DNA of 54,434 bases from Mariprofundus sp. (GTDB lineage: Bacteria; Pseudomonadota; Zetaproteobacteria; Mariprofundales; Mariprofundaceae). Below the pieces are notes generated by a model. The model was not told the origin of the DNA. It ran no database searches and saw nothing but the letters and a program-made list of their open reading frames with translations. Numbering within the stretch: position 1 is the stretch's first letter; the number at the start of each line of letters is the position of its first letter. Location of the stretch: contig JBHHTY010000001.1 of NCBI GenBank assembly GCA_046753565.1, positions 1 to 54,434 of the forward strand, in the 5' to 3' direction. Positions 39,062 through 50,554 of this stretch are shown one piece after another. A program made the translations under genes and the position numbers.

Positions 39062-41707
39062 TTGAGCAACAGTTTCGGCGCAAAAGACACTCTCAAGGTT
39101 GGTGACAAGACCTACACATATTATGCTCTCAAGGCGGCTGGCGATGTGTCGCATCTGCCTTTTTCGATGAAAATTCTGCTGGAAAACCTGCTGCGTCGCG
39201 AAGACGGCGAGGTTGTGAGCAAGGCCGATGTGGATGCCATTATTCACTGGGATGCTGCTGCGGAACCATCCAGAGAAATCGCCTATATGCCTGCGCGCGT
39301 GCTGATGCAGGATTTTACCGGTGTGCCTGCTGTCGTTGATCTGGCAGCCATGCGCGATGCTGTGGTTGAGCTGGGTGGAAAAGCTGATCAGATCAATCCG
39401 CTGGCACCGGCTGAACTGGTGATCGATCATTCCGTGCAGGTCGATGCATTCGGATCGGATTCAGCGCCGGGTATCAATGCCGATATTGAATTTTCGCGCA
39501 ACCGGGAGCGCTATAATTTTCTCAAGTGGGGCCAGAAAGCCTTTGATAATTTCAAGGTGGTGCCGCCGGATACCGGTATTGTACATCAGGTGAACCTGGA
39601 ACACCTGGCCCGTACGGTGTTTGTTGATGACAATGGTTCTGACAACGACGGCATGGCCTATCCCGATACCCTGGTCGGAACCGATTCGCACACCACGATG
39701 ATCAACGGTCTCGGCGTCCTGGGTTGGGGTGTGGGTGGTATCGAAGCCGAGGCCGCCATGCTTGGGCAGCCGGTTTCCATGTTGATTCCGAAAGTGGTCG
39801 GTTTTGAACTGACCGGTTCTTTGCCGGAAGGTGCGACAGCCACTGATCTGGTATTGACCATTGTGGAGATTTTGCGTTCACATGGTGTGGTTGGAAAATT
39901 TGTCGAGTTTTATGGTGAGGGGCTGGATCATCTGCCGCTGGCTGATCGGGCCACCATTGCCAATATGGCACCGGAGTATGGCGCCACCTGTGGTATTTTT
40001 CCGATTGATGACGAGACATTGAACTACCTGCATCTGTCCGGTCGTTCCGAAGAAAATATTGCTCTGGTTGAAGCCTATGCCAGGGCACAGGGCATGTTCC
40101 GGGACCCTTCGGTGACAGCGATTTACAGCGAAACCCTGGGGCTGGATATGTCCACAGTTGTACCGTCCATTTCCGGCCCGAAACGGCCACAGGATCGTAT
40201 TGCACTGTCCAATGCCAAAATCGCTTTCACATCCGCAGTGAAAAACATCAAATCCGAAGCCGGACTGAGTTCCAAAGCGGTGCAGACCAGCATCAAAGGG
40301 CAGGATGTCACCATCGATGAAGGCGCAGTCGTGATTGCCGCCATCACATCCTGTACCAATACCTCCAACCCGTCCGTTATGCTCGGTGCCGGTCTGGTAG
40401 CCAAAAAGGCTGCTGCACTGGGACTGAATGCGGCGCCATGGGTGAAAACCTCCCTCGGCCCCGGCTCGCTGGTGGTGACCGAATACCTGCAGGGTGCCGG
40501 TCTGATTGAACCGCTGAAAAAACTCGGCTTCCATGTTGTGGGTTATGGTTGCACTACCTGTATCGGTAATTCAGGGCCTCTGCCTGCTGAAGTGTCCGCG
40601 GCCATTGCTGAGGGCGATTTGGCTGTCTGTTCGGTATTGTCCGGTAACCGTAATTTTGAAGGACGCGTGCATGCCGAAGTGCGCATGAATTATCTGGCCT
40701 CGCCGCCGCTGGTGGTGGCGTATGCCATTGCCGGTACGATGAATATCGATCTGTACAATGATCCGATCGGTACGGCTGCGGATGGCCATGATGTGTATCT
40801 GAAAGATATCTGGCCGACACAGGCCGAGGTTGCTGCGGCTGTGGCCGGCGTATCGCGCCAGCAGTTCACCAAATCCTATGCCGATGTGTTTGCCGGTGAT
40901 GCCAACTGGCAGAATCTTGCGGCGCCGGAAGGTGAGCGTTTTGCATGGGAAAGTGATTCCACCTATATCCAGAATCCGCCCTATTTTGCCGGCATGAGCA
41001 GGGAAGCGGGCAGCATCGGTGATCTTGAAAACGCACGTGTTCTGGCCTTGTTGGGCGATTCTGTCACCACCGATCATATCTCTCCGGCCGGAGCCATCAA
41101 GGCCGATTCTCCGGCTGGGCGTTATCTGCGCGAAAACGGTGTTGAGCAGAAAGATTTTAATTCCTATGGCTCGCGTCGCGGTAATCATGAAGTGATGATG
41201 CGTGGTACATTCGCCAATATTCGGTTGCGCAATCAGCTGGCACCGGGCACAGAAGGTGGTGTCACCGTTCATTTGCCGGACGGTGAACAGATGAGCATTT
41301 ATGATGCGGCCATGCAATATCAGGCTGAAAATATTCCGGCCATTGTCATTGCCGGGAAAGAATACGGTTCCGGTTCCTCGCGTGACTGGGCTGCCAAAGG
41401 GCCAGCCTTGCTGGGCATCCGTGCCGCAATTGCCGAGAGTTATGAGCGCATTCATCGTTCCAATCTGGTCGGCATGGGTATTCTTCCATTGCAGTTCAGG
41501 GACGGGGAATCACCTGCCTCACTGGGTTTGAGCGGACGAGAAGTGTTCAATATCACCGGTGTGGAGGAAGGTGCTCGCGAAGTCACCGTCACTGCCGATG
41601 ATATTTCGTTCACAGCCATTGTGCGCATCGATACACCCAAGGAATGGGATTACTACCGTCACGGTGGTATTCTGCATTATGTGTTGCGCCAATTGGCAGG
41701 TTCGTAA
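39062..41707 (+). CDS. acnA: Aconitate hydratase A
   Basis: [67 protein letters not shown] start after AGGAG. Confidence 0.98.
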   Translation: MSNSFGAKDTLKVGDKTYTYYALKAAGDVSHLPFSMKILLENLLRREDGEVVSKADVDAIIHWDAAAEPSREIAYMPARVLMQDFTGVPAVVDLAAMRDAVVELGGKADQINPLAPAELVIDHSVQVDAFGSDSAPGINADIEFSRNRERYNFLKWGQKAFDNFKVVPPDTGIVHQVNLEHLARTVFVDDNGSDNDGMAYPDTLVGTDSHTTMINGLGVLGWGVGGIEAEAAMLGQPVSMLIPKVVGFELTGSLPEGATATDLVLTIVEILRSHGVVGKFVEFYGEGLDHLPLADRATIANMAPEYGATCGIFPIDDETLNYLHLSGRSEENIALVEAYARAQGMFRDPSVTAIYSETLGLDMSTVVPSISGPKRPQDRIALSNAKIAFTSAVKNIKSEAGLSSKAVQTSIKGQDVTIDEGAVVIAAITSCTNTSNPSVMLGAGLVAKKAAALGLNAAPWVKTSLGPGSLVVTEYLQGAGLIEPLKKLGFHVVGYGCTTCIGNSGPLPAEVSAAIAEGDLAVCSVLSGNRNFEGRVHAEVRMNYLASPPLVVAYAIAGTMNIDLYNDPIGTAADGHDVYLKDIWPTQAEVAAAVAGVSRQQFTKSYADVFAGDANWQNLAAPEGERFAWESDSTYIQNPPYFAGMSREAGSIGDLENARVLALLGDSVTTDHISPAGAIKADSPAGRYLRENGVEQKDFNSYGSRRGNHEVMMRGTFANIRLRNQLAPGTEGGVTVHLPDGEQMSIYDAAMQYQAENIPAIVIAGKEYGSGSSRDWAAKGPALLGIRAAIAESYERIHRSNLVGMGILPLQFRDGESPASLGLSGREVFNITGVEEGAREVTVTADDISFTAIVRIDTPKEWDYYRHGGILHYVLRQLAGS

Positions 41708-41729
41708 CGGTTACGGCTGAGTTTCCCTG

Positions 41730-42548
41730 ATGCCTGAACTGCCCGAGGTTGAAACCGTCCGGGCCGGATTGCAGCCATTGCTGGCGGGCAGGAAAATCAC
41801 ATCGGTTGTTTGCCATCGCCCGAACCTGCGTTATGCACTTCCGGATTTGTCCTCGCTGGTCGGGGGCAGGGTGCTTGATCTCCGGCGTCGCGCCAAATAC
41901 CTGTTGTTTGAACTGGAGCGGGACGGCCAGACACTGGTCTGGCATCTGGGCATGACCGGTCAGTTTCATGTTTTGCCCGGCCATGCACCGGCCGGAGCCC
42001 ATGAGCATGTGCGTGTTGATTTCAGTGATGGTAGCAGCCTGCGTTATCGGGATGCCCGTCGTTTCGGTTATGCCGGTATGCTGCAAACAGGGGAACTGGA
42101 TGGTCATCCGTGGTTCAGCAACCTCGGGCCGGAACCATTGTCAGATGCATTCAATGCTGATGATCTGGCTTTGATCTGCCGTGGGCGCAAGGCACCGATA
42201 AAAAATATCATCATGGATGCATCTGTTGTGGTCGGGGTCGGAAATATTTATGCCTCGGAATCGTTATTCCGGGCAGGTATTCACCCGGCTCGTGCTGCCG
42301 GCAGGATTGCTTCCGCACGGTTCGTCCTGTTGGTAGATACCGTCAAAGAAGTATTGGCAGAAGCGATTGAAGCCGGGGGGAGCACGATCAGTGATTTCGT
42401 GCATGCCGATGGCAAGCCCGGCTATTTTGCCCATCAGTTTCAGGTCTATGGTCGCCAGCACCAACCCTGTTACCGTTGCGGTGTAGCGATCAAACACATG
42501 ACACAGGCCGGACGCAGCACATTTTATTGCGGTGGCTGCCAGCATTGA
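41730..42548 (+). CDS. mutM: Formamidopyrimidine-DNA glycosylase
   Basis: MPELPEVE, HLGMTG, GNIYASE, C-terminal zinc finger. Confidence 0.98.
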   Translation: MPELPEVETVRAGLQPLLAGRKITSVVCHRPNLRYALPDLSSLVGGRVLDLRRRAKYLLFELERDGQTLVWHLGMTGQFHVLPGHAPAGAHEHVRVDFSDGSSLRYRDARRFGYAGMLQTGELDGHPWFSNLGPEPLSDAFNADDLALICRGRKAPIKNIIMDASVVVGVGNIYASESLFRAGIHPARAAGRIASARFVLLVDTVKEVLAEAIEAGGSTISDFVHADGKPGYFAHQFQVYGRQHQPCYRCGVAIKHMTQAGRSTFYCGGCQH

Positions 42549-42594
42549 AGCGGATGTGTATCATGCGCGCCGAATCGATTATTTGGAGACAGAT

Positions 42595-44301
42595 GTGAAA
42601 TCAGCACTGGAACAGGCACTCAGGGCAGCACTGGATGAACTGCTCAGGGATTATCCCGAAGCAAAAACACCGCAGGTGGTTTTGAACCGCCCGAAACAGA
42701 AAGAACATGGCGATTATGCCGCCAATGTAGCCATGCCGCTGGCGCGTGTGCTGAAACAGAGCCCGCAACAGATTGCGGCGCGTATTCTGGAAGTGGTCAA
42801 ATGGCCGGATGCGGTTGAAGGTGCCGAAATTGCCGGTCCGGGCTTTATCAATATCCGTTTGCAGCAGGCCAGCGAAGCAGCTGTGCTGAAAACCATCATC
42901 CGTGCCGGCGAGCAATATGGTCGTGTGAATGAAGCGGATGCTGTCGAAAAGATCAATTTGGAATTTGTCTCGGCCAATCCGACCGGTCCCATGCATGTCG
43001 GTCACGGCCGCGGGGCTGTGGTGGGTGATGCACTGGCCAATGTGCTTTCCGCTGTCGGGCACGATGTGCAGCGCGAATATTATATCAATGATGCCGGCGC
43101 CCAGATAGGGGTGCTGGCGAACAGTGTCTGGCTGCGTATGCAGGAACTTCAGGGTGAAACGATTGTGTTTCCTGAAGGAGCTTATCCGGGCGAGTATATT
43201 GTGGATATTGCCCGTGAAGTACTGGCGACACACGATTATCAGGATTTTCTGGCGATGGATGAGAAAGCACGCCTGAAACAGATCGGTCAGCTGGCCATCG
43301 ATGCCAATATGGCCATGATCCGTGATGATCTGGATGCCATCGGCATCCGTTTCGATCTGTATTTTTCCGAGCAGGGCCTGCACAGCAGCGGCAGCGTAAC
43401 CGAACTGATCGAGCGTTTGCAGGCCGACGGTGTAGTTTATAGCGGCATATTGCCGCCGCCCAAGGGCAAGGAAGTAACCGATTATAAACCGGTTGAGCAG
43501 TTATTGTTCCGCACCACCGATTTCGGTGATGATGTGGATCGTCCGCTGGCCAAGCAGGATGGTACGGCCACCTATTTTGCCGCTGATATCGCCTACCATT
43601 TCGACAAACACCGGCGCGGTTTTGATCGCATGATTGATATCTGGGGTGCGGATCACGGCGGTTATGTCACCCGTGTACAGGCGGCGATGAAAGCCCTGAT
43701 TCAGGCCGATGTGCAGCCGGACGTGTTACTCGTTCAGATGGTCAACCTGACCCGCGATGGCAAACCTGTAAAAATGTCCAAGCGGGCCGGTACTTTTGTT
43801 ACGCTGCGGGAAGTGGTTGATGAAGTAGGTTCCGATGCGGTGCGTTTTAATTTCATGACACGGCGGGTGGAATCCCAGCTTGATTTTGATCTGGAAGCGG
43901 CCAAAAAGCAGAACGATGAAAATCCGGTGTATTATGTGCAATATGCTCATGCCCGCATTGCCGCGATTCTGCGCCGGGCGGCGGAAGAGGGTGTGGATAT
44001 TGCGGATATTGATGATGTGGATGTGTCTGTTCTGGTCTCGCACGAGGAGCAACGTTTGATTTCCCATTTGCTGGCCTATCCGGATACGCTTCAAAAAGCG
44101 GCGGCGCGACTGGAAGCCTATCGTGTGGCGACATATGTGATGCGTCTGGCGGCAGATTTCCACAGCTTTTATCACAAGCATAAAGTGGTGACGGAGGATG
44201 TGCGTCTGAGTGCGGCACGTATCGTCTTGATCCGGGCAGTTGGCCAGGTGATTCGCAATGCTCTGTCCATTCTGGGTGTGTCCGCACCGGAGCGCATGTA
44301 A
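42595..44301 (+). CDS. argS: Arginine--tRNA ligase
   Basis: EFVSANPTGPMHVGH, WGADHGGY, MSKRAG, YVQYAHAR, APERM. GTG start after GGAG. Confidence 0.98.
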   Translation: MKSALEQALRAALDELLRDYPEAKTPQVVLNRPKQKEHGDYAANVAMPLARVLKQSPQQIAARILEVVKWPDAVEGAEIAGPGFINIRLQQASEAAVLKTIIRAGEQYGRVNEADAVEKINLEFVSANPTGPMHVGHGRGAVVGDALANVLSAVGHDVQREYYINDAGAQIGVLANSVWLRMQELQGETIVFPEGAYPGEYIVDIAREVLATHDYQDFLAMDEKARLKQIGQLAIDANMAMIRDDLDAIGIRFDLYFSEQGLHSSGSVTELIERLQADGVVYSGILPPPKGKEVTDYKPVEQLLFRTTDFGDDVDRPLAKQDGTATYFAADIAYHFDKHRRGFDRMIDIWGADHGGYVTRVQAAMKALIQADVQPDVLLVQMVNLTRDGKPVKMSKRAGTFVTLREVVDEVGSDAVRFNFMTRRVESQLDFDLEAAKKQNDENPVYYVQYAHARIAAILRRAAEEGVDIADIDDVDVSVLVSHEEQRLISHLLAYPDTLQKAAARLEAYRVATYVMRLAADFHSFYHKHKVVTEDVRLSAARIVLIRAVGQVIRNALSILGVSAPERM

Positions 44302-44334
44302 TGCCCGGCTGGCAGTTGATGGCAGGGGTGCCCA

Positions 44335-45084
44335 ATGGCTAGACAGGATTTCGCACAGGTGAAATCGACCACGCAGAGCAAATCCGGATCAGGTTTCGCT
44401 GCGGCAATGAGTGCTGTGGGCATTGTGATGATTGCAGTCCTGTGTTTCGGTGGCGGGTATTGGTTGGGCTCGTCGAATGAGGATCAGGCCGGAGGCAGCG
44501 CCGGGATACATGCGGATGTGGCTGCCGTTGAAGCCAAACTGGCGGCACAGGTGGCGGAAAACAAGTTGTTGCAGGCAAGGAATGAAGCATTGCAGGATTC
44601 GGTTGGGCAGTGGAAACAGAAAGCCCAGCAGGATGCCCACAGCAAGGTGGGCGATCTCAGTTTTTACAAGGAACTGCCCAAACAGTCGGTAACACCGGCT
44701 CCGATGCCCGATACGCCGGCAGCTACTGCGAACCCCCGGCCTGAGGTCAAAGCTGCTGTATCAGAGCAGTCTGTGGCATCGGTTATAGCCAAATCGTCCG
44801 GGTTGGAAAGCCATGCCCCGGATAGCGTTAAACAGGAAAAAGTGCAGGGCGGTTACCGTATCCAGCTGGCTTCGTTCCGGGCCAGATCGGATGCCATGGT
44901 GATGCAGGGAAAACTGGCAAAAGCAGGTTTCCGTGCTTTGGTGCATCAGGTGGATCTGGGTGAGAAGGGCCAGTGGTACCGGATTTATGCCGGCCCCTAC
45001 CATTCCAGGGCGGTGGCCGAAGCCGACCAGAAGAAGATTGAAAAGAAGATTAAACTGAGAGGTTTTCTTGTTCGTGGCGGATAA
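44335..45084 (+). CDS. Membrane-anchored SPOR-domain cell division protein (FtsN-like)
   Basis: N-terminal TM, coiled coil, C-terminal YRIQLASF...WYRIYAGPY SPOR domain; position after argS. Confidence 0.85.
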   Translation: MARQDFAQVKSTTQSKSGSGFAAAMSAVGIVMIAVLCFGGGYWLGSSNEDQAGGSAGIHADVAAVEAKLAAQVAENKLLQARNEALQDSVGQWKQKAQQDAHSKVGDLSFYKELPKQSVTPAPMPDTPAATANPRPEVKAAVSEQSVASVIAKSSGLESHAPDSVKQEKVQGGYRIQLASFRARSDAMVMQGKLAKAGFRALVHQVDLGEKGQWYRIYAGPYHSRAVAEADQKKIEKKIKLRGFLVRGG

Positions 45085-46072
45085 GAACAGCAGAAGCGAA
45101 AGCCGCCGGCGCTGGTTGCAGGGAGTGCTGAGTCGGGATTTTCACATTGTGCCACTGGCCGGCGATGCCTCGTTCCGCTGTTATTTCAGGGTCACATCCC
45201 TGCCCGGGCAGGCAGCGGAAAAACACTATGTGCTGATGGATGCACCGCCTGAACATGAAGATGTGCGGCCGTTTCTGGCCGTACGTACGTGGTTCGAGCA
45301 GGCCGGCCTGCGGGTTTCCGCACTGGAAGGTGTGAATCTGCAACAGGGTTTTTTGCTGCTCGAGGATTTCGGTGATGAAACATGGGCGACTTATCGCGGT
45401 GGTGGAGGAGATTTGTCTCCGCTGTTTGAAGATGCCCTGCGTCAGCTTCACCTGTTGCAGGCATCCAGCCCCGGCATGGATCTGCCGTTATTTGATGTAT
45501 CACGCATGCAGCGTGAATGCGATTTATATCTGGACTGGTATTTGCCCCGCGTAGCCGGTTTCACACCTTCAGCCGCTGAGCGGGATTCATTCCATGCCGC
45601 ACTGGCACCGACTCTGGAAGAACTGGCCGCATTGCCCCGTGTGCCGGTACATCTGGATTATCACAGTCGCAACCTGATGTTGCCGGACGGTTCACTGCCT
45701 CTGGGTCAAATTGATTATCAGGATGCGGTGCAGGGGGCAGTCACTTATGATCCGGCTTCGTTGTTGTATGACTGTTATCAGCTCTATCCGGAAGATGAGC
45801 GCAGCCATTGGAGCCGGGCGTTTTTTGAAACCATGCCCGCCAGCCTGTCCGCCGGTTTTGCCGACTTCGATGTATGGCACAGGTTTGTACGGCTGACGGC
45901 TTTACAGCGGCACATCAAGGCCATCGGTATTTTTGCCAGGCTGGCTTATCGGGACGGCAAAACACAGTTTCTCGATGAAATTCCGCTGACCCGCCGGCAC
46001 CTGATGGATGAGATGGCGGCACTGGATATGTCAGAATCTGATTTTCCGCTGCTGGCGCGTCAGTTCCCCTGA
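45068..46072 (+). CDS. amgK: MurNAc/GlcNAc kinase AmgK-like (APH-family phosphotransferase)
   Basis: LAGDASFRCYFR, LMDAPP, HLDYHSRNLM, IDYQDA, QRHIKAIGIFARL..RDGK. Confidence 0.8.
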   Translation: MFVADKNSRSESRRRWLQGVLSRDFHIVPLAGDASFRCYFRVTSLPGQAAEKHYVLMDAPPEHEDVRPFLAVRTWFEQAGLRVSALEGVNLQQGFLLLEDFGDETWATYRGGGGDLSPLFEDALRQLHLLQASSPGMDLPLFDVSRMQRECDLYLDWYLPRVAGFTPSAAERDSFHAALAPTLEELAALPRVPVHLDYHSRNLMLPDGSLPLGQIDYQDAVQGAVTYDPASLLYDCYQLYPEDERSHWSRAFFETMPASLSAGFADFDVWHRFVRLTALQRHIKAIGIFARLAYRDGKTQFLDEIPLTRRHLMDEMAALDMSESDFPLLARQFP

Positions 46073-46149
46073 ATTGTCAACGGGGGAGGCAGAGGCTTGT
46101 TTGCATCTGCTGATCGCGTAGGGTGCCGCCGCTCAAACAGGAGACGAAT

Positions 46150-46629
46150 ATGCAAATCGCCAAAAATAAAGTTGTATCCATCCATTACACGCTGAAGAAC
46201 GATGCCGGTCTGGTCATCGATTCATCCGAAGGTACAGAGCCGCTGGTGTATCTGCACGGTGCGCAGAATATTATTCCGGGGCTCGAAAAAGCACTGGAAG
46301 GCAAGGTTGCGGATGATGCGCTGGAAGTAAGTATTGAAGCTGTGGATGCGTATGGTGAATACAACAAGGAACTGACCCAGGTTGTGCCGAGCAACATGTT
46401 TGAAGGTGTTGATGCGCTTGAAGAAGGCATGGAGTTTCAGGCCGAGACCGCACAGGGCGTGCAGGTGATCCGGGTTGCCAAAGTGGACGGTGATAATATC
46501 ACCATTGACGGCAATCACCCGCTGGCCGGTGAACGCCTGCATTTCGATGTCAGTGTTGCCGAAGTCAGGGAAGCGACGGAAGATGAATTATCCCATGGCC
46601 ATGTGCATGCCGATGGCTGCTGCCACTGA
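46150..46629 (+). CDS. slyD: FKBP-type peptidyl-prolyl isomerase SlyD
   Basis: VVSIHYTL, LVYLHG..NIIPGLE, DGNHPLAG, HGHVH tail. Confidence 0.95.
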   Translation: MQIAKNKVVSIHYTLKNDAGLVIDSSEGTEPLVYLHGAQNIIPGLEKALEGKVADDALEVSIEAVDAYGEYNKELTQVVPSNMFEGVDALEEGMEFQAETAQGVQVIRVAKVDGDNITIDGNHPLAGERLHFDVSVAEVREATEDELSHGHVHADGCCH

Positions 46630-46649
46630 TTGAAACAAATGATTGTTGC

Positions 46650-46675
46650 AAAGCCGCCCTTCTGGGCGGCTTTTT
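46650..46675 (+). terminator. Intrinsic terminator after slyD (possibly bidirectional)
   Basis: AAAGCCGCCC-TTCT-GGGCGGCTTTTT. Confidence 0.85.
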
Positions 46676-46685
46676 AATGCCCGTA

Positions 46686-47534
46686 TTATGCACAGGGCAA
46701 ATGATAAATACCGCCACGCAAGAGCCCGGCCAGATCATGGATTGACTGTTGGTAGGTCAGGTTGTCGGGTGTGTCGGGTAATCCGCAGGAGCCTGTTTCC
46801 AGCATGATATAGCCGCCTGTTTGTAAATATGCAGGACCATTGCACAGGATAGTGGTCAGGTGTTCAAGGCCATCCTGTCCATCGGTCAGGGCATGGCGCG
46901 GTTCCTGCGATAATTCTTTTTCCAGTTCATCCATTTCCGCCTCGGCCACATAGGGCGGATTGGAAATAATGCCGTGAAACGGGCCGTCGCTTTTTTGAAA
47001 TGCTGACAGCATGTCGCCCTGTCTGAATGTGATGCGATCAGCCACAGCATGTTTTTCGGCATTGTGCCGTGCAATGTCCAGTGCTGCATCGGAAATATCC
47101 GTGGCAACGATGCGTGCATTGGGGTATTCGCAGGCCAGCGTTACAGCAATGCAGCCGGAGCCGGTGCCGATATCACAGAAACAACTGTTATCGTTGCGAT
47201 TCGGGAAATATTCCAGCACGGCTTCGATCAGATGCTCGGTTTCCGGTCTTGGAATCAGCACATCGGGTGTGACATGAAACGGGCGTGACCAGAATTCCTT
47301 TTCTCCGGTGATATAGGCCAGTGGTTCGCGACGGCAACGACGTTTCACCAGAGTTCTGAAACTGTTTTCCATGCCTTCCGGCACTGTATCACCGGAGCGG
47401 ATAATCAAATCGGTGCGGCTGACGGGCCAGACATGCATCAGCAATAATTCCGCATCCAGCCGCGGTGCATCGCAGCCTGCTTCTTTCAGCAGGCGACTGG
47501 CATCATGCAGTAATTCCCTGATTGTCAGTGGCAT
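46686..47534 (-). CDS. prmC: Release factor glutamine methyltransferase
   Basis: LIPRPETE, DIGTGSGCIA, SNPPY; downstream of prfA. Confidence 0.97.
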   Translation of the reverse strand: MPLTIRELLHDASRLLKEAGCDAPRLDAELLLMHVWPVSRTDLIIRSGDTVPEGMENSFRTLVKRRCRREPLAYITGEKEFWSRPFHVTPDVLIPRPETEHLIEAVLEYFPNRNDNSCFCDIGTGSGCIAVTLACEYPNARIVATDISDAALDIARHNAEKHAVADRITFRQGDMLSAFQKSDGPFHGIISNPPYVAEAEMDELEKELSQEPRHALTDGQDGLEHLTTILCNGPAYLQTGGYIMLETGSCGLPDTPDNLTYQQSIHDLAGLLRGGIYHLPCA

Positions 47535-47580
47535 GTGCTTGCGTTCCTCTGCGTATTTTGCGGTGAAAGATGTTGACTGA

Positions 47581-48654
47581 TTATGATGACTGGGAGGCGA
47601 GCAGCTCGGCCTGATGGTGGGTTAATAACGCATCAATCAGTTCGCCCATATCACCGTTGATAATCTGTTCCAGCTTGTACAGGGTCAGGTTGATGCGATG
47701 ATCGGTGATGCGTCCCTGCGGAAAATTGTAGGTGCGAATGCGTTCCGAGCGATCGCCCGATCCGACCATGCCTTTACGGGCTTCGGCTCTTTCTGCATGG
47801 GCCTCGGATTGTTCCTTGTCGAACAGCCGCGCCTGCAGCACTTTCATGGCCTGCGCCTTGTTTTTATGCTGGCTGGCCTGATCCTGGCAGGTGACCACAA
47901 TACCGCTGGGCAAATGGGTGAGGCGGACTGCCGATTCGGTTTTGTTGACATGCTGACCGCCAGCGCCGGAAGCGCGGTACACATCGATGCGCAAATCCTC
48001 AGTGCGGATATTGACATCGACTTCTTCTGCCACCGGCAATATAGCCACGGTGCAGGCCGAGGTATGGATGCGGCCGCCGGATTCGGTTTCGGGTACGCGC
48101 TGGACACGATGCACGCCGGATTCAAATTTGAATCGCGAGAACACACCCTGACCGCTGATCTGGGCAATCACTTCCTTGTAACCGCCAATGCCGGTGTCAC
48201 TGGCCGACAGTATTTCCACCTTGAAACCCTGTGTCTCGGCATAACGGCAATACATGCGAAACAGATCGGCGGCAAACAGGGCAGCTTCATCACCACCGGT
48301 TCCGGCCCGGATTTCCAGAATCACATCACGGTTGTCGTTGGGGTCTTTGGGTAACAGCAGCAGATTCAGGCGTGCTTCGCTTTCAGTGATGGCCTGCTTC
48401 AGTTCGGCAATTTCCGCCTCGGCCAGTTCACGTAATTCGGCATCGCAATCCGGATCGGCAGCCATTTCACGGTTGTCCCGCAACTGCTGTTCCAGTTCCA
48501 GATAGCGTGTCGCCTCTTCGGCAACCGGTTCGATTTCGGAAAATTCGCGGGATAAGCTGGTATAGCGCTGATTGTCGGAAGTGATATCGGGGTCGGCCAG
48601 CATGACAGTGATTTCTTCGCGCCGCCGGAGAATATTATCCAGACGAGTGTTCAT
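47581..48654 (-). CDS. prfA: Peptide chain release factor 1
   Basis: [17 protein letters not shown] (PxT), [17 protein letters not shown]. Confidence 0.98.
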   Translation of the reverse strand: MNTRLDNILRRREEITVMLADPDITSDNQRYTSLSREFSEIEPVAEEATRYLELEQQLRDNREMAADPDCDAELRELAEAEIAELKQAITESEARLNLLLLPKDPNDNRDVILEIRAGTGGDEAALFAADLFRMYCRYAETQGFKVEILSASDTGIGGYKEVIAQISGQGVFSRFKFESGVHRVQRVPETESGGRIHTSACTVAILPVAEEVDVNIRTEDLRIDVYRASGAGGQHVNKTESAVRLTHLPSGIVVTCQDQASQHKNKAQAMKVLQARLFDKEQSEAHAERAEARKGMVGSGDRSERIRTYNFPQGRITDHRINLTLYKLEQIINGDMGELIDALLTHHQAELLASQSS

Positions 48655-49963
48655 TATTCCCCTTTCTTGCGGTATTCAGTGCAGCAGGCTCATGCAACGG
48701 GGATGAGATGTCGAACAGCCGCGTGGCTGCACCCATCAATAAATCGCCTTCGATATCATCTGGCAGCTTTTTCAGCGTGCTCAGTGTCGGATGCATATAG
48801 CGTTTCATCAGCGCCTTGCTGAACCGTTCCACCGCCTCGATCTGGGCATCATCGAAATTTTTCATATAGCGCAGGGCTTTTTCCATTTCTTCACTGCGCC
48901 GGGTTTCCATCTGTTGCTGAATGCTGCGGATCAGTGGTACGGATTCGAGCGATTTCAGCCAGCGCTGGAACTGCGTGGACTCTTCATCAATAATGTTTCC
49001 GGCCAGCTGTGCTTCCTGCTCACGGTGTTCAACATTGCCCTGCACCACCTGCTGCAAATCATCAATATCGTATAGATAGGCACCGTCAATATCGCCGATA
49101 CGTGGATCAATATCGCGTGGTACAGCAATATCCACCAGGAACATCGGTTTGCTGCGGCGTTTTTTCATGGCGGCTTCAACGGCATCGGGCAGCAGCACAA
49201 AGGTGCTGGCGCCGGTGCTGGAGAGCACAATATCGGCGGCATCCAGATATTCCGGCAACTGATCCATGGTCAGGGCATGGCCTTCAAATTCCAGCGCCAG
49301 ATTCTGGGCGCGTTTTAGGGTGCGATTGGCGACCAGAATATCGGTGCAGCCATTGCCTCTGAGGTGGCGGGCAGCCAGTTCGGCCATTTCTCCGGCCCCC
49401 ATGAGCAAAACGGTTTTTCCGGCCAGATCACCGAAAATATGACGTGCAAGTTCCACGGCGCAGGAGGAGATATTGACCGCCTGTTTGCCGATACCGGTTT
49501 CACTGCGGGCCCGTTTGGCCGCAGCAAATGTACACTGATAGAGCCGGTGCAATACATGGCCGGCAGTGCCGGCTGCCAGTGCATGTTCATATGATGCCTT
49601 GACCTGTCCGAGAATCTGGGGCTCACCGAGCACCAGTGAATCCAGACCGGAAGCCACGGAAAACAGATGTTTGATGGCCTGATCCGTGGTGTAGGAATAG
49701 AGATGCTCGCATACTTCTTCCATATCCATACCGGCCTTGCCGGCAAACCATTCGTGTACGGTGGCAATGGCGGCATCCGGATCATGGGTGACCACGGTCA
49801 TTTCGACGCGGTTACAGGTGGACAGCAGGGCTGCTTCACGGATCGCAGGGCTTTGAATCCGATGCTGTAAAATACCGGCGATTTCATCCTCGCTGACAGC
49901 AAGGCGCTCGCGCAACTCAACAGGTGCGGTTTTGTGGTTCAGTCCGATATGGCAGATGCGCAT
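48635..49963 (-). CDS. hemA: Glutamyl-tRNA reductase
   Basis: [45 protein letters not shown]. Confidence 0.98.
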   Translation of the reverse strand: MRICHIGLNHKTAPVELRERLAVSEDEIAGILQHRIQSPAIREAALLSTCNRVEMTVVTHDPDAAIATVHEWFAGKAGMDMEEVCEHLYSYTTDQAIKHLFSVASGLDSLVLGEPQILGQVKASYEHALAAGTAGHVLHRLYQCTFAAAKRARSETGIGKQAVNISSCAVELARHIFGDLAGKTVLLMGAGEMAELAARHLRGNGCTDILVANRTLKRAQNLALEFEGHALTMDQLPEYLDAADIVLSSTGASTFVLLPDAVEAAMKKRRSKPMFLVDIAVPRDIDPRIGDIDGAYLYDIDDLQQVVQGNVEHREQEAQLAGNIIDEESTQFQRWLKSLESVPLIRSIQQQMETRRSEEMEKALRYMKNFDDAQIEAVERFSKALMKRYMHPTLSTLKKLPDDIEGDLLMGAATRLFDISSPLHEPAALNTARKGNNEHSSG

Positions 49964-49972
49964 GGCGCAAAC

Positions 49973-50419
49973 CTAGCGATTTACAATGGCAGGGTACAGG
50001 CCTCCGTCTTCCTGCAGGTTCAGTGTAATCGGTGTGCTGAACTCAGCATCGGCAAAAAGCAGGGCATCCACCCGGCCTTTGTGACCAAACTCAAGCAGCA
50101 GATAGCAGACGGGGTTGCTCCGATGATGTTTCCGGACCAGTTCGCATAGTTTGTGGACCCGGGCCGAGTCATCGGAGCATGCCTCATGGGTGGAAATATA
50201 AACGCCGAAAAAAGGACTGCTGTTGAGAAAATCCGGTATGCAAGGATTGTCCGAATATGAAGATTCCGTGACAGCAAGCCGTTTTTCTATCATATTGCCG
50301 CCGCCTGCAAGCAGACCCTGGCAGCAATGTTTCCCGCCGGATATGGCTTCGTGGAGCAATTGTTGCATGCAGTGCCGGTGAATCGACAGTGTCTGAATCG
50401 GTAAACTGGTTGTTGGCAT
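49973..50419 (-). CDS. Hypothetical protein, possibly a degenerate JAB/MPN domain
   Basis: LSIHRHCMQQLLHEA...CQGLLAG and FGVYIS resemble MPN segments but lack HxH; clear promoter TTGACG-16-TATCAT upstream. Confidence 0.55.
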   Translation of the reverse strand: MPTTSLPIQTLSIHRHCMQQLLHEAISGGKHCCQGLLAGGGNMIEKRLAVTESSYSDNPCIPDFLNSSPFFGVYISTHEACSDDSARVHKLCELVRKHHRSNPVCYLLLEFGHKGRVDALLFADAEFSTPITLNLQEDGGLYPAIVNR

Positions 50420-50425
50420 GCTGCA

Positions 50426-50453
50426 ATGATAAAACCCTGACGGGTGCCGTCAA
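50426..50453 (-). promoter_or_regulatory. Sigma70 promoter, probably producing a leaderless transcript
   Basis: TTGACG (50453-48), 16 bp, TATCAT (50431-26), ATG 6 nt downstream. Confidence 0.6.
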
Positions 50454-50554
50454 TGAAGGTTTGAAGTGCCGCATTGATGTGAGGAGAATTACAGAAACAA
50501 GACATCCTGTTTTGGGTGATCGGTTTCAATGTTTGCCATGGAGGCTGAGCTCAG

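Noticed and set aside
10525-48354. Long antisense ORFs (e.g. 10525-11448, 12616-13407, 17100-17924, 30316-31260, 40571-41455, 42601-43383, 47698-48354)
   Set aside because: They are shadows on the opposite strand of well-conserved genes in GC-rich coding DNA, with no recognisable motifs.
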